In this document: piece after piece, positions 46,539-57,047 of the stretch
Layout: each line of letters begins with the position of its first letter
Numbering within the stretch: the first letter of the stretch is position 1
IMG/VR virus record: IMGVR_UViG_3300036766_000988
Span: 124,001-188,000 of that record
DNA length: 64,000 nt
Strand: one strand, 5' to 3'
Program-made: the position numbers and the translations under genes
Notes under the pieces: generated by a model
What the model was told of the DNA's origin: nothing
Seen by the model: the letters and a program-made list of their open reading frames with translations, nothing else
The model's database searches: none

Positions 46539-46560
46539 CTCTACACCGGCCGGTGTAGAG
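46539..46560. promoter_or_regulatory. 22 bp perfect palindrome made of two back-to-back GGTGTAG motifs
   Basis: CTCTACACCGGCCGGTGTAGAG; ATG at 46568 lies 11 nt from the plus-strand motif. Confidence 0.75.
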
Positions 46561-46567
46561 TCCCCGC

Positions 46568-46891
46568 ATGAAGCTGACTCGACACCAACACTTCTGGGAG
46601 ATGGCTCGCGAGATCCGAGCCTATTGTCGCGCACAAGGTCTCCAGGTGCTCGTCAAGGACAGCCTCGACAACATGACGTGCGGGTTCGTGACGGACTGCG
46701 CAGAGAACGACCCTCGGCATCGGGAATGGCGCATGCGGCTCGCCGACGTGTCGCTCACGGCCAATGATCGTCGAGGGGGCTTTGATGGGTTGTCCGAAGA
46801 GGACATGATCAAGATCACGCACCCCCACCTGATGGGCTCGACGGGTCGTGAGAAGGTCGCCCAGGCTCTATCTCTCTTGCCCTCCGGGTAG
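46568..46891 (+). CDS. hypothetical protein
   Basis: GGTGTA motif 11 nt before the ATG. Confidence 0.6.
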   Translation: MKLTRHQHFWEMAREIRAYCRAQGLQVLVKDSLDNMTCGFVTDCAENDPRHREWRMRLADVSLTANDRRGGFDGLSEEDMIKITHPHLMGSTGREKVAQALSLLPSG

Positions 46892-47192
46892 AGCCCCCAT
46901 GGATTACGGAGACCGCCAGGCAAGGGCCGAGATGTTGGTCAAGGCCTTCCGTGCCCGAGGCTCAAAAACGATACGCAGTCCGAGGGGCCAGATCCTTACC
47001 TGCGAGGCGGTCGCCGTCGAGATTGAAGGCATGACGGACCTCGGTCGGGATCTGGTGGCCGTTGCGGGGTTGGTTCTTCATGCCATGCAGGCGACCCCCG
47101 AATTCTTCGAAAACCAGGCAGCTCTCGACAAGAGTCCCTGACGCTACGGTGAGCCGGGCAAAGCCGTCCCTTCGGTGTAATGCGGGCGGCCC

Positions 47193-48950
47193 ATGACCCA
47201 ATCCGCCCCGGATCGCCAAGCCCTCGTCTATGAGCAACTGAAGAGCATCCGCGTCTCGAAGACGTGTGCTCTCAAGCCGAGTCCACGGCTCAAACAGGAG
47301 ATCCGCGACCTATCCGGCACGCCGATCCAGTTTCGCCTACGCTACTACCAGGTGCAGGGGATCTACCATCTCTTGCTGATGAAGCGGATGGTGCTCGGGG
47401 ACGGTACCGGGCTCGGCAAGACCGTCGAGATGTTGGGGGCCCTTTGCTACCAGTGGCAAAAGGAGCCAACCAACAAGGTGTTGATCGTCGCCCCGAAGTC
47501 GGCTCTACGGCAGTGGGCTAGCGAGATCGACCGCTTCACGACCGACGTGAAGGTCTTCGTCGTTTCTGGCAAGCTCGATGAACGACGCGAGGTCTGGGAG
47601 GCCTGGGCAGCACACCCGGCGGACTCCGAAACCAAAGCTGTCCTGATCATCAACTACCACTTGCTCATTCGCGACTGGAACGAAGGGGCAGCCCTCCAGA
47701 AGGGAAAGGACGGCAAGCCTGATCCCAAGCTACCGATCATCCCCGGCATGGTCGACAAGATCACTCAGGGGATGAAGGACGTAGTGGTCGTCTACGACGA
47801 GGCTACAGCGTTCAAGAATACGCAGACCAAGACCTGGCAAGTCTGCCGGTTCCTCTCGGACCGGGCTCATCGCTGCTACGGCCTGACGGCGACGCTCCTC
47901 AAGAACAACCTGATGGAGGGCTTCGCGATCTACAAGGTGATCTGCCCGCCTGTCTTCGGGAACAAGACCTCCTTCCTCAAGGAGTACTGCGTCACCAAGA
48001 TGCAGCCTGTGGGGGGCGGTCGAAAGGTACCCATTGTCGTTGGGTATCGGAACCTACAGCACTTCAGGGACCGCATCGATCCGTACTTCCTGGGTCGAGC
48101 GAAGCATATCGTCTCCGATGAGCTACCGACGCTCATCACCAAAGAGATCATCTGCGAGCTGAGCGCCGCCGAGGACGCGAAGTACACGGAAGCTCTCTCG
48201 GGGGTGTTGGAACTCGGGGACGGTGAGGTCAGGGACTTCGAGGAGCACAAGGCATTCGTCAGCCTCATCTATTGCCAGCAGGTCTGCGATTCGATCTCGC
48301 TTTTGCGGTACCAAGATGGCGATGAGGTGCTGACCGGGATCTTCAAGGACGAGGGTCTCAAGGTCAAAGCCACCGGAGCGAAAGAGCAGCAGCTTCTCGA
48401 CATGTTGGCAGACGAACTCGATGGCGAGAAGACCATCATCTACACGCGGTTTGCGAGCCTTGTTCCCCGCCTCCAGAACATCCTCAAGGAGAACGGGATC
48501 AAGTCGGTCGCCATCACCGGCAAGGTGAAGGACACCGCCAAGGATCCCGCACGCCTCCGGGCACAGGAAGCATTCCAGGACATGAACTCCGATGTGAAGG
48601 TCATCTTCATCACGGACGCTGGCAGCGAGGCCATCAACCTACAGGCGGCCTCCGCGATGGTCTTCTACGACGCCCCTTGGTCGTGGGGAAACTACGTGCA
48701 GCTATTGGGGCGTCCTATTCGGATTGGGAGTCCTCATCAGCACGTCGTGGTCTACCATCTGGTGGCCGAGCGGCCCCGAGACAAGGCGAAGGATCGCAAG
48801 ACGATCGACCACCATGTGCTCGCCATGTTGGGCAAGAAGAAAGACCTTGTGGATAAGGTCTTGGGCGAAGCCGCTGTGGGGGCGCTCGATTTCGAGAAAG
48901 AGGGTTCCGGAACCAAGGAACTCGTACGGAAACTACAAGGCAAGGCATGA
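47193..48950 (+). CDS. SNF2/SWI2-family helicase
   Basis: LRYYQVQG, LGDGTGLGKT, VYDEATAFKN, GLTATLLKNN, AGSEAINLQAA, WSWGNYVQLLGR. Confidence 0.92.
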   Translation: MTQSAPDRQALVYEQLKSIRVSKTCALKPSPRLKQEIRDLSGTPIQFRLRYYQVQGIYHLLLMKRMVLGDGTGLGKTVEMLGALCYQWQKEPTNKVLIVAPKSALRQWASEIDRFTTDVKVFVVSGKLDERREVWEAWAAHPADSETKAVLIINYHLLIRDWNEGAALQKGKDGKPDPKLPIIPGMVDKITQGMKDVVVVYDEATAFKNTQTKTWQVCRFLSDRAHRCYGLTATLLKNNLMEGFAIYKVICPPVFGNKTSFLKEYCVTKMQPVGGGRKVPIVVGYRNLQHFRDRIDPYFLGRAKHIVSDELPTLITKEIICELSAAEDAKYTEALSGVLELGDGEVRDFEEHKAFVSLIYCQQVCDSISLLRYQDGDEVLTGIFKDEGLKVKATGAKEQQLLDMLADELDGEKTIIYTRFASLVPRLQNILKENGIKSVAITGKVKDTAKDPARLRAQEAFQDMNSDVKVIFITDAGSEAINLQAASAMVFYDAPWSWGNYVQLLGRPIRIGSPHQHVVVYHLVAERPRDKAKDRKTIDHHVLAMLGKKKDLVDKVLGEAAVGALDFEKEGSGTKELVRKLQGKA

Positions 48951-49527
48951 TCATGAACGCGATCCATCCCAACTCCTACTGGCTCGATGGTACAGTGCAT
49001 CAGTTCGTCGAGAAGCCCACGGTCGTTGACGCAAATGCTTCGACCGCAATCGAGGTCACGAAGGACGAAGCGGAGTCCGTCAACAAGGCCTCCGAACAGG
49101 ACAATTGCCAACCAATGGCGACCGACGCCGAGCAATCCCGGTGGGCCCGAGATACCGCCCGTAAGGAGCATGCTGCTTCCGAGATCGGTCGTCGGAAGCT
49201 CGCCAGGAAACGTCAGCTCGCCAAGGCCGCCCGCAAGGCCCGTAAGGAGAACCGTCGATGAATCACGCCGCTGTCTTCAAGGAAATCGAGATCGAACGTG
49301 AGAAACAAGACCGTATCTGGGGTGGTCAGGACCACGACCGTATTCACACGAGTCACGACTGGATCTCGTACCTCACGAAGCACGTCGGCCGTGCAGTACA
49401 CTGGCCGTGGACGCCCGAGCGTTTTCGGCAGCAGATGATTGTCGTGGCAGCCCTGGCGGTGGCGGCAATCGACTGGTGTGACACGAAGACAGCAACGGTC
49501 GCCAAGCCCTCGGTGTAGAGGCCCCCG

Positions 49528-50403
49528 ATGGCCGAAGCCGAGAAGCCACCCTGCCCTCTTTGTGGGGGCGCCGAGGTCATTTACGTCAATGACTTCGATG
49601 TCGACACGTGCCGTTGTCTCAAGGCTCGGCTGATCAAGCAACATCTAGGATCCGAGATTGCATCGGCTCCCACGATTCTACGAAGCCCTGTGTTCGTCGT
49701 AAAAGACGACGAGGTACGGGTCGACCGCACCAAGGACAACCTCTTCATCAAGGCACCTTGGCAGGACGTGTTACCGCACCTCAAATGGGTGTTCTACTGC
49801 AAGGGGACGCGGTTCCGCTTTCGGATCGTGACCGACGAGAAGATCCGCACGGTCTTCGTAGGGAACGAGAGCTACAGGGCCCGCTCGAAGAGCACCCGAG
49901 ATGACGTCACGACGTTCAATTCTCTTGGGGATCTAGTGGGCTCGGACTTCGACCTCATCATCATCCGGCTAGGGCTCTTGGGACACAAGAACGTGGCCGC
50001 CCCTGGGGCCTTGAAGGAAGCCCTCATGCTCCGTGAGGTCGCATGTCTACCGACCTGGATTGTCGAACAGCCCAACAACCCATTCGGTCCTGGATGCCAT
50101 ACGTACTCTGAGGATGTGGCGGACTACATCGAGCGTCTTTTCGAGGTCGTCAATCTCACCCGAAAAGATCGTCCTGCCCCTGTTCCTCGTCCCCCGGAGA
50201 CCGATGCGGATGAGGTCACGGGGAACGAAGACCCCGCTGCGATGGAATCCCCTGTGGCGGCCGAACCTGTCGAATCCCATTTCGAGACCCCTCCGAGCGC
50301 GATTGACGATGACATGATGTCTCAGCTTGTGGGCAGTGGCGGCAAGAAAAAGTACTCGGGGTCGAGCTGGAAAAAGAAGTCCGGCGGAGGGGGCCCAGTA
50401 TGA
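49528..50403 (+). CDS. DnaC/IstB-like helicase loader (degenerate ATPase) - tentative
   Basis: N-terminal CPLCGG...CRC Zn motif, DLIIIRLG Walker-B-like strand, coupled to dnaB; no Walker A seen. Confidence 0.4.
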   Translation: MAEAEKPPCPLCGGAEVIYVNDFDVDTCRCLKARLIKQHLGSEIASAPTILRSPVFVVKDDEVRVDRTKDNLFIKAPWQDVLPHLKWVFYCKGTRFRFRIVTDEKIRTVFVGNESYRARSKSTRDDVTTFNSLGDLVGSDFDLIIIRLGLLGHKNVAAPGALKEALMLREVACLPTWIVEQPNNPFGPGCHTYSEDVADYIERLFEVVNLTRKDRPAPVPRPPETDADEVTGNEDPAAMESPVAAEPVESHFETPPSAIDDDMMSQLVGSGGKKKYSGSSWKKKSGGGGPV

Positions 50404-51878
50404 AGCGCCTTCTTCGTTCGATCCTCGACTTCGGCGGGATCTCTCAGGAGAACCTCGTTCAGAACTTCCAGAAGCTCTTGGGCGCCCATATCGACTGGAC
50501 GCAGCCTCCGGATCAGAAGATCTACGAATACACGCTCTCGTATTTCCAGCAGCGTTTGGAAATGCCGTCCGGTCAGACGGTGCTCGACTACTACATGACC
50601 GTCGGGGAGTCCGGAGACATCGAGGTCATCGAGCGTCTCAAGGACATCGGGGCGGCTCCTGCGTACATCCGAACGAACTACGTTCAGCTTCTGACCAACC
50701 TGCTCGAAGAGCAGAGCAAAGCGAAGGCAGTCGCTCTCATCAAGGAGACACACGAGATCGTGACTCGTGGTCTCGACGTGCTCGACGGTCGGGAGAAGGT
50801 TCGTCGACAAGGCGTTCGAGATGGGCTCTTGCATTTCGCAGGACGTGCTCACGACCTTCTCTTGCCTGAGTCCAACGCTCGTACGGCCGGGGACATCCGT
50901 CTCGACGGCACTTCCGTGTGGAAGGAGTACGAGCAAGCCAAGATCAACAAGGACAAGGTCTGGGGCAAGTTCACAGGCATCAACGAGATCGACAAGATCT
51001 GTCACGGAATCAAGAAGGGCGAGCTATGGGTACACGCCGCCTTCCCAGGTGAGCTGAAGACCACATTCGCCCTTAATTGGTGCTACAACCTCGTCACCCG
51101 CTACAAGTCGAATGTCCTCTACTTCTCGATGGAGATGCCTTACGAGCAGCTTCGGTTGCAGACGTACGTCATTCACAGCGCCAACGCGAAATGGAAGCAG
51201 TATGGGTACAAGCCTCTCGACTACCGCAAGGTGCGTGACGGTGAGCTGACGCCCGCCGAGGAGGCCTTCTACCAGAAGGTCATCGAGGACTTCTGCACCA
51301 ACCCCGACTACTGTCACTTCGAGATTCGTGCGCCGGATCGAGACTTCACGATTGACGACATCCGGCTCGAAGCCGAGCTGACCCACAAGCAACTCGAAGT
51401 CGGATTGGTTGTTGTGGACCACGGGCAGTTGGTCGAGGCTCGCAAGACGAAGCGGTCGAAGGACTACGTCATCGAGCTGAACTCGGTGGTCCGCGACATG
51501 AAGAAGTTCGCTCTGCACTTCAACCATGGGGAGAAGATCCCTGTCCTAATGCTCTTCCAGATCAACCGTCAGGGGAAGGAAGACGCAGCGAAAAACGAAG
51601 GCCGCTACAAGGCCAGTGCGCTCGCGTACGCCAACGAAGTCGAGAAGTCGGCCGACACGATCACCACATCATATCTCGATGACGACCACCGGCGGAACGG
51701 GACGTCTCTCTTCTGCAACCTCAAGAACAGAGACAATCCGATCTTCGATCCCTTCATGTGCCGGGTCGAGTTTCAATGTCGCCGGATCTACAACCTCAAC
51801 GCGCTCGATGCCCCAATCGGCCGTGGTATGGGGGTCGAGGAACACCAGAGCGTTCTGGATGCGATGGCGAATCTCTAG
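50400..51878 (+). CDS. dnaB: replicative DnaB-like helicase
   Basis: FTGINEIDKICHGIKKGEL, AFPGELKTT, YFSMEM, VVVDHGQL, FQINRQG, EKSADTI. Confidence 0.85.
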   Translation: MKRLLRSILDFGGISQENLVQNFQKLLGAHIDWTQPPDQKIYEYTLSYFQQRLEMPSGQTVLDYYMTVGESGDIEVIERLKDIGAAPAYIRTNYVQLLTNLLEEQSKAKAVALIKETHEIVTRGLDVLDGREKVRRQGVRDGLLHFAGRAHDLLLPESNARTAGDIRLDGTSVWKEYEQAKINKDKVWGKFTGINEIDKICHGIKKGELWVHAAFPGELKTTFALNWCYNLVTRYKSNVLYFSMEMPYEQLRLQTYVIHSANAKWKQYGYKPLDYRKVRDGELTPAEEAFYQKVIEDFCTNPDYCHFEIRAPDRDFTIDDIRLEAELTHKQLEVGLVVVDHGQLVEARKTKRSKDYVIELNSVVRDMKKFALHFNHGEKIPVLMLFQINRQGKEDAAKNEGRYKASALAYANEVEKSADTITTSYLDDDHRRNGTSLFCNLKNRDNPIFDPFMCRVEFQCRRIYNLNALDAPIGRGMGVEEHQSVLDAMANL

Positions 51879-52143
51879 GGGGTTTCGATGGCCAAGCGCA
51901 CCCTTTTGGAACGCATTGAGACCGAGCGGGATCAGTGGATGGAGACAGCCGCTGCCGAATCGCGGAACACTGCCTACTACCGAGGGTTGCTTGACGAGGT
52001 TGCTGCCTATCTGGGTCCCGAAGTATTCATTTCGGACGATGGTACCGTAAATGAGAACCCTCTGCGGTCCAAGATCCCCGAGCTGGTCGCAAGGCTAGCT
52101 GCCTCCAATGTCACATGCACGGTAGAGGTGAACGTGACTCGCC

Positions 52144-52779
52144 ATGGCAAGTAAATACGAAGAAGAAGCTCGGCGAGAGATCGCGCAGCAAGAGGGCTTT
52201 CGACGGTGGATCGCTGAGCGGATCACAATGATCCACGCCACAGCGTCTGCGGCCGATGTCCTGCGACGTAATGGGGTGAGCCTACGGTACGGCGGCCAGC
52301 GGGCGGAGCAGATCTTCTGCCCTTTCCATGGGAACTCGAAGACACCTGCGGCGAGGTTCCACCCCCCGGACGCGAAAAGATCCGACCACGTGTGGTGTTT
52401 CGTCTGCAACGAGCAGTGGGATGCCATCACACTTTTCAAGAAGTTCGCGAACTACACGGGCAAGTTCTCGGGCTTACTCCGGCTCATCGAGCGGGATTAC
52501 GGGATCACGCCGCCCGAAGCCCCTTCGGCTGTACCTGACGACGAACCGGCTGAGCATGAGCTGGCTGAAGCGCATGTCATGCTCGATGTGTGCGAGCGCC
52601 GTCTCGTAAGCTCTCGACGGGCTTTCGAGATGAAGGGCTATTTGGTCCTAGGCTCCGTGCTCGACCGAATAACCCATGGTCTCGACGCTGGTACGCTGCC
52701 TCTGCCAACAGCACGAGAAACCATGCAACGAGTGCTTGACAAGATCGGTGAGAAGAGGCGGGTGTGCCCCGACGGTTGA
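52144..52779 (+). CDS. CHC2 zinc-finger protein (primase Zn-binding domain without TOPRIM)
   Basis: IFCPFHGNSKTPA...VWCFVC...DAITL. Confidence 0.8.
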   Translation: MASKYEEEARREIAQQEGFRRWIAERITMIHATASAADVLRRNGVSLRYGGQRAEQIFCPFHGNSKTPAARFHPPDAKRSDHVWCFVCNEQWDAITLFKKFANYTGKFSGLLRLIERDYGITPPEAPSAVPDDEPAEHELAEAHVMLDVCERRLVSSRRAFEMKGYLVLGSVLDRITHGLDAGTLPLPTARETMQRVLDKIGEKRRVCPDG

Positions 52780-53231
52780 AGCTCTCCACCCGAGAGATGG
52801 GCAATGTTGAGTTGCAGCTCATCTACCAGGTGGGGGAGCTGTGGGAGCCAACGTGGAGGCCTTTACAGGGGTCGACTTTCGCGGCCATTCTGCCGGTGGT
52901 CTCTGACGAGACGATGAACCATGCGCTCCGGGGATGGACGAAGCCTCTCGTGTCGTCGCTCGGGCTGCCTCCCCAGGGCTCTCTACGGAAGCTGCCCAAG
53001 GAGTACCAGCAGTGTGAGCACCGGAATCACTGTCCGTTTTATGCGCCGCACAACTGTGTCCCGATCGCTAAGAAATTGCAGGACTGTTTTCAGCCGGAAA
53101 ACCTAGCAGGAGACGACGCTCGAACTCTTGCCTACGATGCCATTCGGCTTTGGCGAGAAGGGGTGTATATCGTGGTCGTCCAGGAGGCTTCTGATGCCCA
53201 TCGATCCTACCCAAGATCCGACCGAACTTGA
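52764..53231 (+). CDS. hypothetical protein with Cys/His cluster
   Basis: CEHRNHCPFY..NC...DC; overlaps neighbours in the replication operon. Confidence 0.55.
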   Translation: MPRRLKLSTREMGNVELQLIYQVGELWEPTWRPLQGSTFAAILPVVSDETMNHALRGWTKPLVSSLGLPPQGSLRKLPKEYQQCEHRNHCPFYAPHNCVPIAKKLQDCFQPENLAGDDARTLAYDAIRLWREGVYIVVVQEASDAHRSYPRSDRT

Positions 53232-56088
53232 TGAAGATGGTCTAAACGAAGTCTTCGACCTGATGCACGAGAACAGGGACGTGGCGAAGCCTGTGCCCAA
53301 TCTTGATGCTGACGACGATGACGGAACCTCAGCGACTGACTTCCTCGACAACAACGTCTTGCAGGAGCGCGAAGTTCCTGACATCACGAAGCCGTGGATG
53401 AAGCACCACAACTTCGTCCTCGTCCGGACCCTCGAAGAGGTCAACGGCATCGTGGATGCAGCTCTGGCGAACGGGCATTGCTCGCTCGACCTAGAGTGTG
53501 AGGGACTCGACAACCGTATCTTCTACACGGAGATGCCGCCGGATATCGATCCGGTGAGTGGTGTCGAACGAAAGGTGCATGGCAAGCCCTATACGAAGCA
53601 CAAGGTCGTAGGCTTTTGCCTGGCGGTCGGAGACGCCAAGACCGGTTACTACATCCCAATCCGGCACACTCCGCTCGATGGAGGGGTCGATCTCAATGTC
53701 AAGCCTGTCGAGGAGGTCGAGGCGGCTATCAAGCGTCTATGCTTGGCGGCGCAGCCTATCCCTAAACCTGGGGTGAAAGATCCTCTCGCCTTTCGGGAGT
53801 TCGAGAAACCGCCGCAGGTCATCATCGATTTCTGGCACTCGGCGTTCGATCAGGAGTTCCTATTCCCCATCACGGGTATCGACTTCTGGCATCCGGATGG
53901 CTTCGAAGACGGCAACCTGGCAGCCTTCGTGAAGTACTCAGGAGACCGAAATCTCGGGCTCAAGGCGAAGTCCGCTGAGATGCTCCGTGACCCGGATGGG
54001 CACCCCTACGAAATGATCGAGCTGAAAGAACTCTTCCCCCATCGTGGGAGCAAGATCGAGTTCCATCTTCTGGCGCCGGATGAACCCGGCGTCATCAAGT
54101 ACGGCTGCTCGGACGGCATCTGCACGCGGCTCATCTGCGCCCATAAGGATCTCGTCCCGCTGGTGAAGGAGAAGTACAACTTCACGTACCGTCTCGAAAA
54201 GCAGGTCGCTCAGGTGAAGCGGGCGATGGAGCGGCACCGGGTCAAGATCAACCGAACCCGCATCATCGAGCTGCGAGCCCAGCACGAGAAAGCTCGGGAT
54301 GAGATTCGAGCGAAGATCCAGGAGTTCGCTCAGTCGAAGGGGTTCAACAGCTTCGAGCCAGGCTCGCCGAAGCAGCTCTCCGACATGCTCTTCGGAAAAG
54401 ATCCTGGGCTCGACATCACGCTCCCAGGACGCGGCCCTGACGATGCGGACTTCCCCAACGGGAAGCCCCCGATGAACGAGAAGTCGAAGCAGTACAAGAC
54501 GGGCGCCGACGTTCTCGACGAGATGGCGAAGATCATGGGGGACAATGCGCCCCCGATTCTCAAGTGGATCGTTGCCTTCCGTGAGGAAGACAAGATGCTG
54601 GGCACGTACCTCGATAGCCTGGCCAACCATCCGGATGCGGGGACCGACGAGCTTCGGTTCCAGTTCAAGCAGACCGGGGCCGCCACCGGTCGTTTCTCAG
54701 CTCCGGCAGGGGACAACGCCCATGGATACTCGGGCGTTCCGATCCACGGAATCCCGGCGACGTCGGACATCCGGACGTGCTTCGTGGCCCGCGAGGGCTA
54801 CACGATGGTCAAGTGCGACTACTCGGGTGAAGAGCTGCGCATCGTCACCAACCTCTCCAACGAGCGGGTGTGGATCAAGGAGTTCCATGAAGGAACTGGT
54901 GATCTTCACAGCATCACGGCCCGAGCGTTCTTCGGCAAGCAAGAGGTCTCGAAGGACGAGCGCAAGATGGGCAAGATTGCCAACTTCGCGCTCGTCTACG
55001 GTGGGGGTCCCGCAGCCGTCATGCGTGCCACCGGGTGCGACCGTATGGAAGGTCAGCGCCGGAAGCAGGCCTTCGATAAGGCCGTGCCTGACTTCGCCAA
55101 ATGGGTGAAGGTTCAACACGCAAAGGTGAAGAAAGAGTTGGGGGTCTGGACGGCATTCGGTCGTTGGATTCAGATCCCCGATGCGTGCTCTCCGGATAAC
55201 GCGATCAAGGCTGCCTGCGAGCGTCACGCGACCAACTACCCGATTCAGGGTTCGGGCGCGGACATCATGAAGATCGCGATGGTTCTCGTCCACAAGGAGA
55301 TGTGGCGCCGTGGGTGGCTACAGGACGACTCCGTTCGGTTGCTCTTGACGGTACACGACGAGTTGGTCTTCGAGATCAAGCACGCCAGGGTGGTGGAAGC
55401 TGTGCCGCTCATCGTCGAGCAAATGGAGCTGCCGACCATGATGGCTCGACCTCCCTACTCCCCTCAGTGGCAGGTGCCGCTGGTGACCGAGCCGCTGGTG
55501 GGCCCTACGTGGGGGACCGGCTATCCGTGTGAGCGAGCGACGGAGGCCCACAAGCTCAAGGAGGGCGAGGTCGTCGTCAACGGTTTCGTCTACGGCGCGA
55601 TCCGAACCGTCGATCTGGGCAAGGAGATTCCAGGGGTAGGGGAAGTCGAGCATCACCGCGACGAGAAGAACAAGAAGGTCAAGATCCGCATCCTCGAACC
55701 GCAGTGGCTCGTGGGGGTCTCGGACATGAAGTTTGAGCCTGCGCCCCCTCCTAAGAAGGACGAGTCCGGTGGCGGTGGGGGAGGAAGCAACGGAGCTGGG
55801 GGTCCTGGTGAGCCCCAGCGAGCTTCGGCCACCGAGTCCACCAAGAACGGGGCGTCCAAGACAGCTACGTTGAAGTTGAAGCTGCTCACGAAGCAGTCGG
55901 TACAGCAGGTTCGAGGTCTGTGTATGGAGTGGATCGATCCCGACCATGGGGTTCTGCTCAAGCTCATCGATCCGGTGAGCGGACAGATCCTCATCGACCC
56001 CAAGCACGGGGTGCGGATCAACGCCGAGAAGTTCAGGCAGGCGATGTTCGAGAAGAACCTCAGCGACGGGAAAATGGTCGTTTCTTAG
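53194..56088 (+). CDS. polA: family A DNA polymerase with 3'-5' exonuclease
   Basis: ExoI DLECEGL, ExoII AFDQEF, ExoIII YGCSD; motif A DYSGEELR, motif B ERKMGKIANFALVYG, motif C VHDELVF. Confidence 0.95.
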   Translation: MPIDPTQDPTELDEDGLNEVFDLMHENRDVAKPVPNLDADDDDGTSATDFLDNNVLQEREVPDITKPWMKHHNFVLVRTLEEVNGIVDAALANGHCSLDLECEGLDNRIFYTEMPPDIDPVSGVERKVHGKPYTKHKVVGFCLAVGDAKTGYYIPIRHTPLDGGVDLNVKPVEEVEAAIKRLCLAAQPIPKPGVKDPLAFREFEKPPQVIIDFWHSAFDQEFLFPITGIDFWHPDGFEDGNLAAFVKYSGDRNLGLKAKSAEMLRDPDGHPYEMIELKELFPHRGSKIEFHLLAPDEPGVIKYGCSDGICTRLICAHKDLVPLVKEKYNFTYRLEKQVAQVKRAMERHRVKINRTRIIELRAQHEKARDEIRAKIQEFAQSKGFNSFEPGSPKQLSDMLFGKDPGLDITLPGRGPDDADFPNGKPPMNEKSKQYKTGADVLDEMAKIMGDNAPPILKWIVAFREEDKMLGTYLDSLANHPDAGTDELRFQFKQTGAATGRFSAPAGDNAHGYSGVPIHGIPATSDIRTCFVAREGYTMVKCDYSGEELRIVTNLSNERVWIKEFHEGTGDLHSITARAFFGKQEVSKDERKMGKIANFALVYGGGPAAVMRATGCDRMEGQRRKQAFDKAVPDFAKWVKVQHAKVKKELGVWTAFGRWIQIPDACSPDNAIKAACERHATNYPIQGSGADIMKIAMVLVHKEMWRRGWLQDDSVRLLLTVHDELVFEIKHARVVEAVPLIVEQMELPTMMARPPYSPQWQVPLVTEPLVGPTWGTGYPCERATEAHKLKEGEVVVNGFVYGAIRTVDLGKEIPGVGEVEHHRDEKNKKVKIRILEPQWLVGVSDMKFEPAPPPKKDESGGGGGGSNGAGGPGEPQRASATESTKNGASKTATLKLKLLTKQSVQQVRGLCMEWIDPDHGVLLKLIDPVSGQILIDPKHGVRINAEKFRQAMFEKNLSDGKMVVS

Positions 56089-56114
56089 GGGGCAACCCCG
56101 GTGTAGGGCGAGCC

Positions 56115-56570
56115 ATGCCCTCAGCTCTCTCATGCTTTCGAGTCGACACCCTGGTGTTGGCCGAGTCCAGGCCTTGGTACGCAATGGAACAAGGCAGCTT
56201 GGTTGTCGTCGCGCTCGACGGGCAAAACCTAGCTACTTGTCGTATCAGCTCGAATCGAGTGCTGATCCCCATGTGGGAGGTCGGGGATGTGGAGCTGGTA
56301 GCGGGGGAGCTGCTCTACTGCGCCGGATTACAGCAAGGAGTCCGGCGCGCAACGGCCAAGCAAGCGGCTCTAGGGCACCGTCAAGTCCTCACTCATCAAG
56401 ACCATCCAGCGATCCCTCTCGGGATGGCGTTGGGTCTCGATTCACCGGAATATGTAGGAATCCACGTGGTGCGCGGTTCCCAGAAGGGGCTCGTGGTCTT
56501 CCCCGAGGGGGGTGATAACGGCAGGACTGTCGTGCTTTACGATGGTCACGACATGAACGAGTCTGACTGA
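56115..56570 (+). CDS. hypothetical protein
   Basis: GGTGTA motif 10 nt before the ATG. Confidence 0.55.
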   Translation: MPSALSCFRVDTLVLAESRPWYAMEQGSLVVVALDGQNLATCRISSNRVLIPMWEVGDVELVAGELLYCAGLQQGVRRATAKQAALGHRQVLTHQDHPAIPLGMALGLDSPEYVGIHVVRGSQKGLVVFPEGGDNGRTVVLYDGHDMNESD

Positions 56571-56572
56571 CG

Positions 56573-56875
56573 CTAGACGGCGGGCCGCTGCACCCGAGCC
56601 CAACAGGTCTGGGCTCGACGGGCTTCGATACGTTCTTGGTAGAAGCCGATGCTCTTTTGGAGCTTCACCACGTGCTGCCTGAGCAAGGCCCGGATGTGGT
56701 AGTTGCATCCGAGTTGGGTCCTCAGTCGACGTCGAGTCGACCCTCGATGAAGCTTGCTGGCCGAGGCCTCTTGTCGGGAGATCCGCTGTTCGAGGTCGCG
56801 GAGTTCGTTCGAGCGCTTCCGCAACAGATCGTGCGCAGCGTTGAGCTTCTGCTCCCAGAACGTGAGATCTCGCAT
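56573..56875 (-). CDS. 100 aa coiled-coil protein, paralog 1
   Basis: MRDLTFWEQKL...FYQERIE..R..CW. Confidence 0.7.
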   Translation of the reverse strand: MRDLTFWEQKLNAAHDLLRKRSNELRDLEQRISRQEASASKLHRGSTRRRLRTQLGCNYHIRALLRQHVVKLQKSIGFYQERIEARRAQTCWARVQRPAV

Positions 56876-56885
56876 CGGAGTTGAA

Positions 56886-56950
56886 GCCCGCCTAGTTTAG
56901 CGTTCCCGGCGGGCAAGAGAACAGGGCCGATGTCCCGCTCACCAGCACCC
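56886..56950 (-). repeat. structured dispersed element, copy B
   Basis: Same conserved blocks as 46345; ends ~10 nt before the ATG at 56875. Confidence 0.8.
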
Positions 56951-57047
56951 ACGTATTTTAGGCAACCGACCGTCTGGTTCAGCCAAGGAGGCCTTTATCC
57001 TGACGGAGGCGGCGGGCGTAGTTTCTCTACACCAGTCGGGCAGGCCG

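Noticed and set aside
56886-56950. HDV-like ribozyme or c-di-GMP-I identity for the three-copy element (TCCCGCT loop; CTAAAC...TAGG)
   Set aside because: The nested P1/P2/P3/P4 order and the GEMM P1 core could not be built by eye; left unassigned pending cmscan
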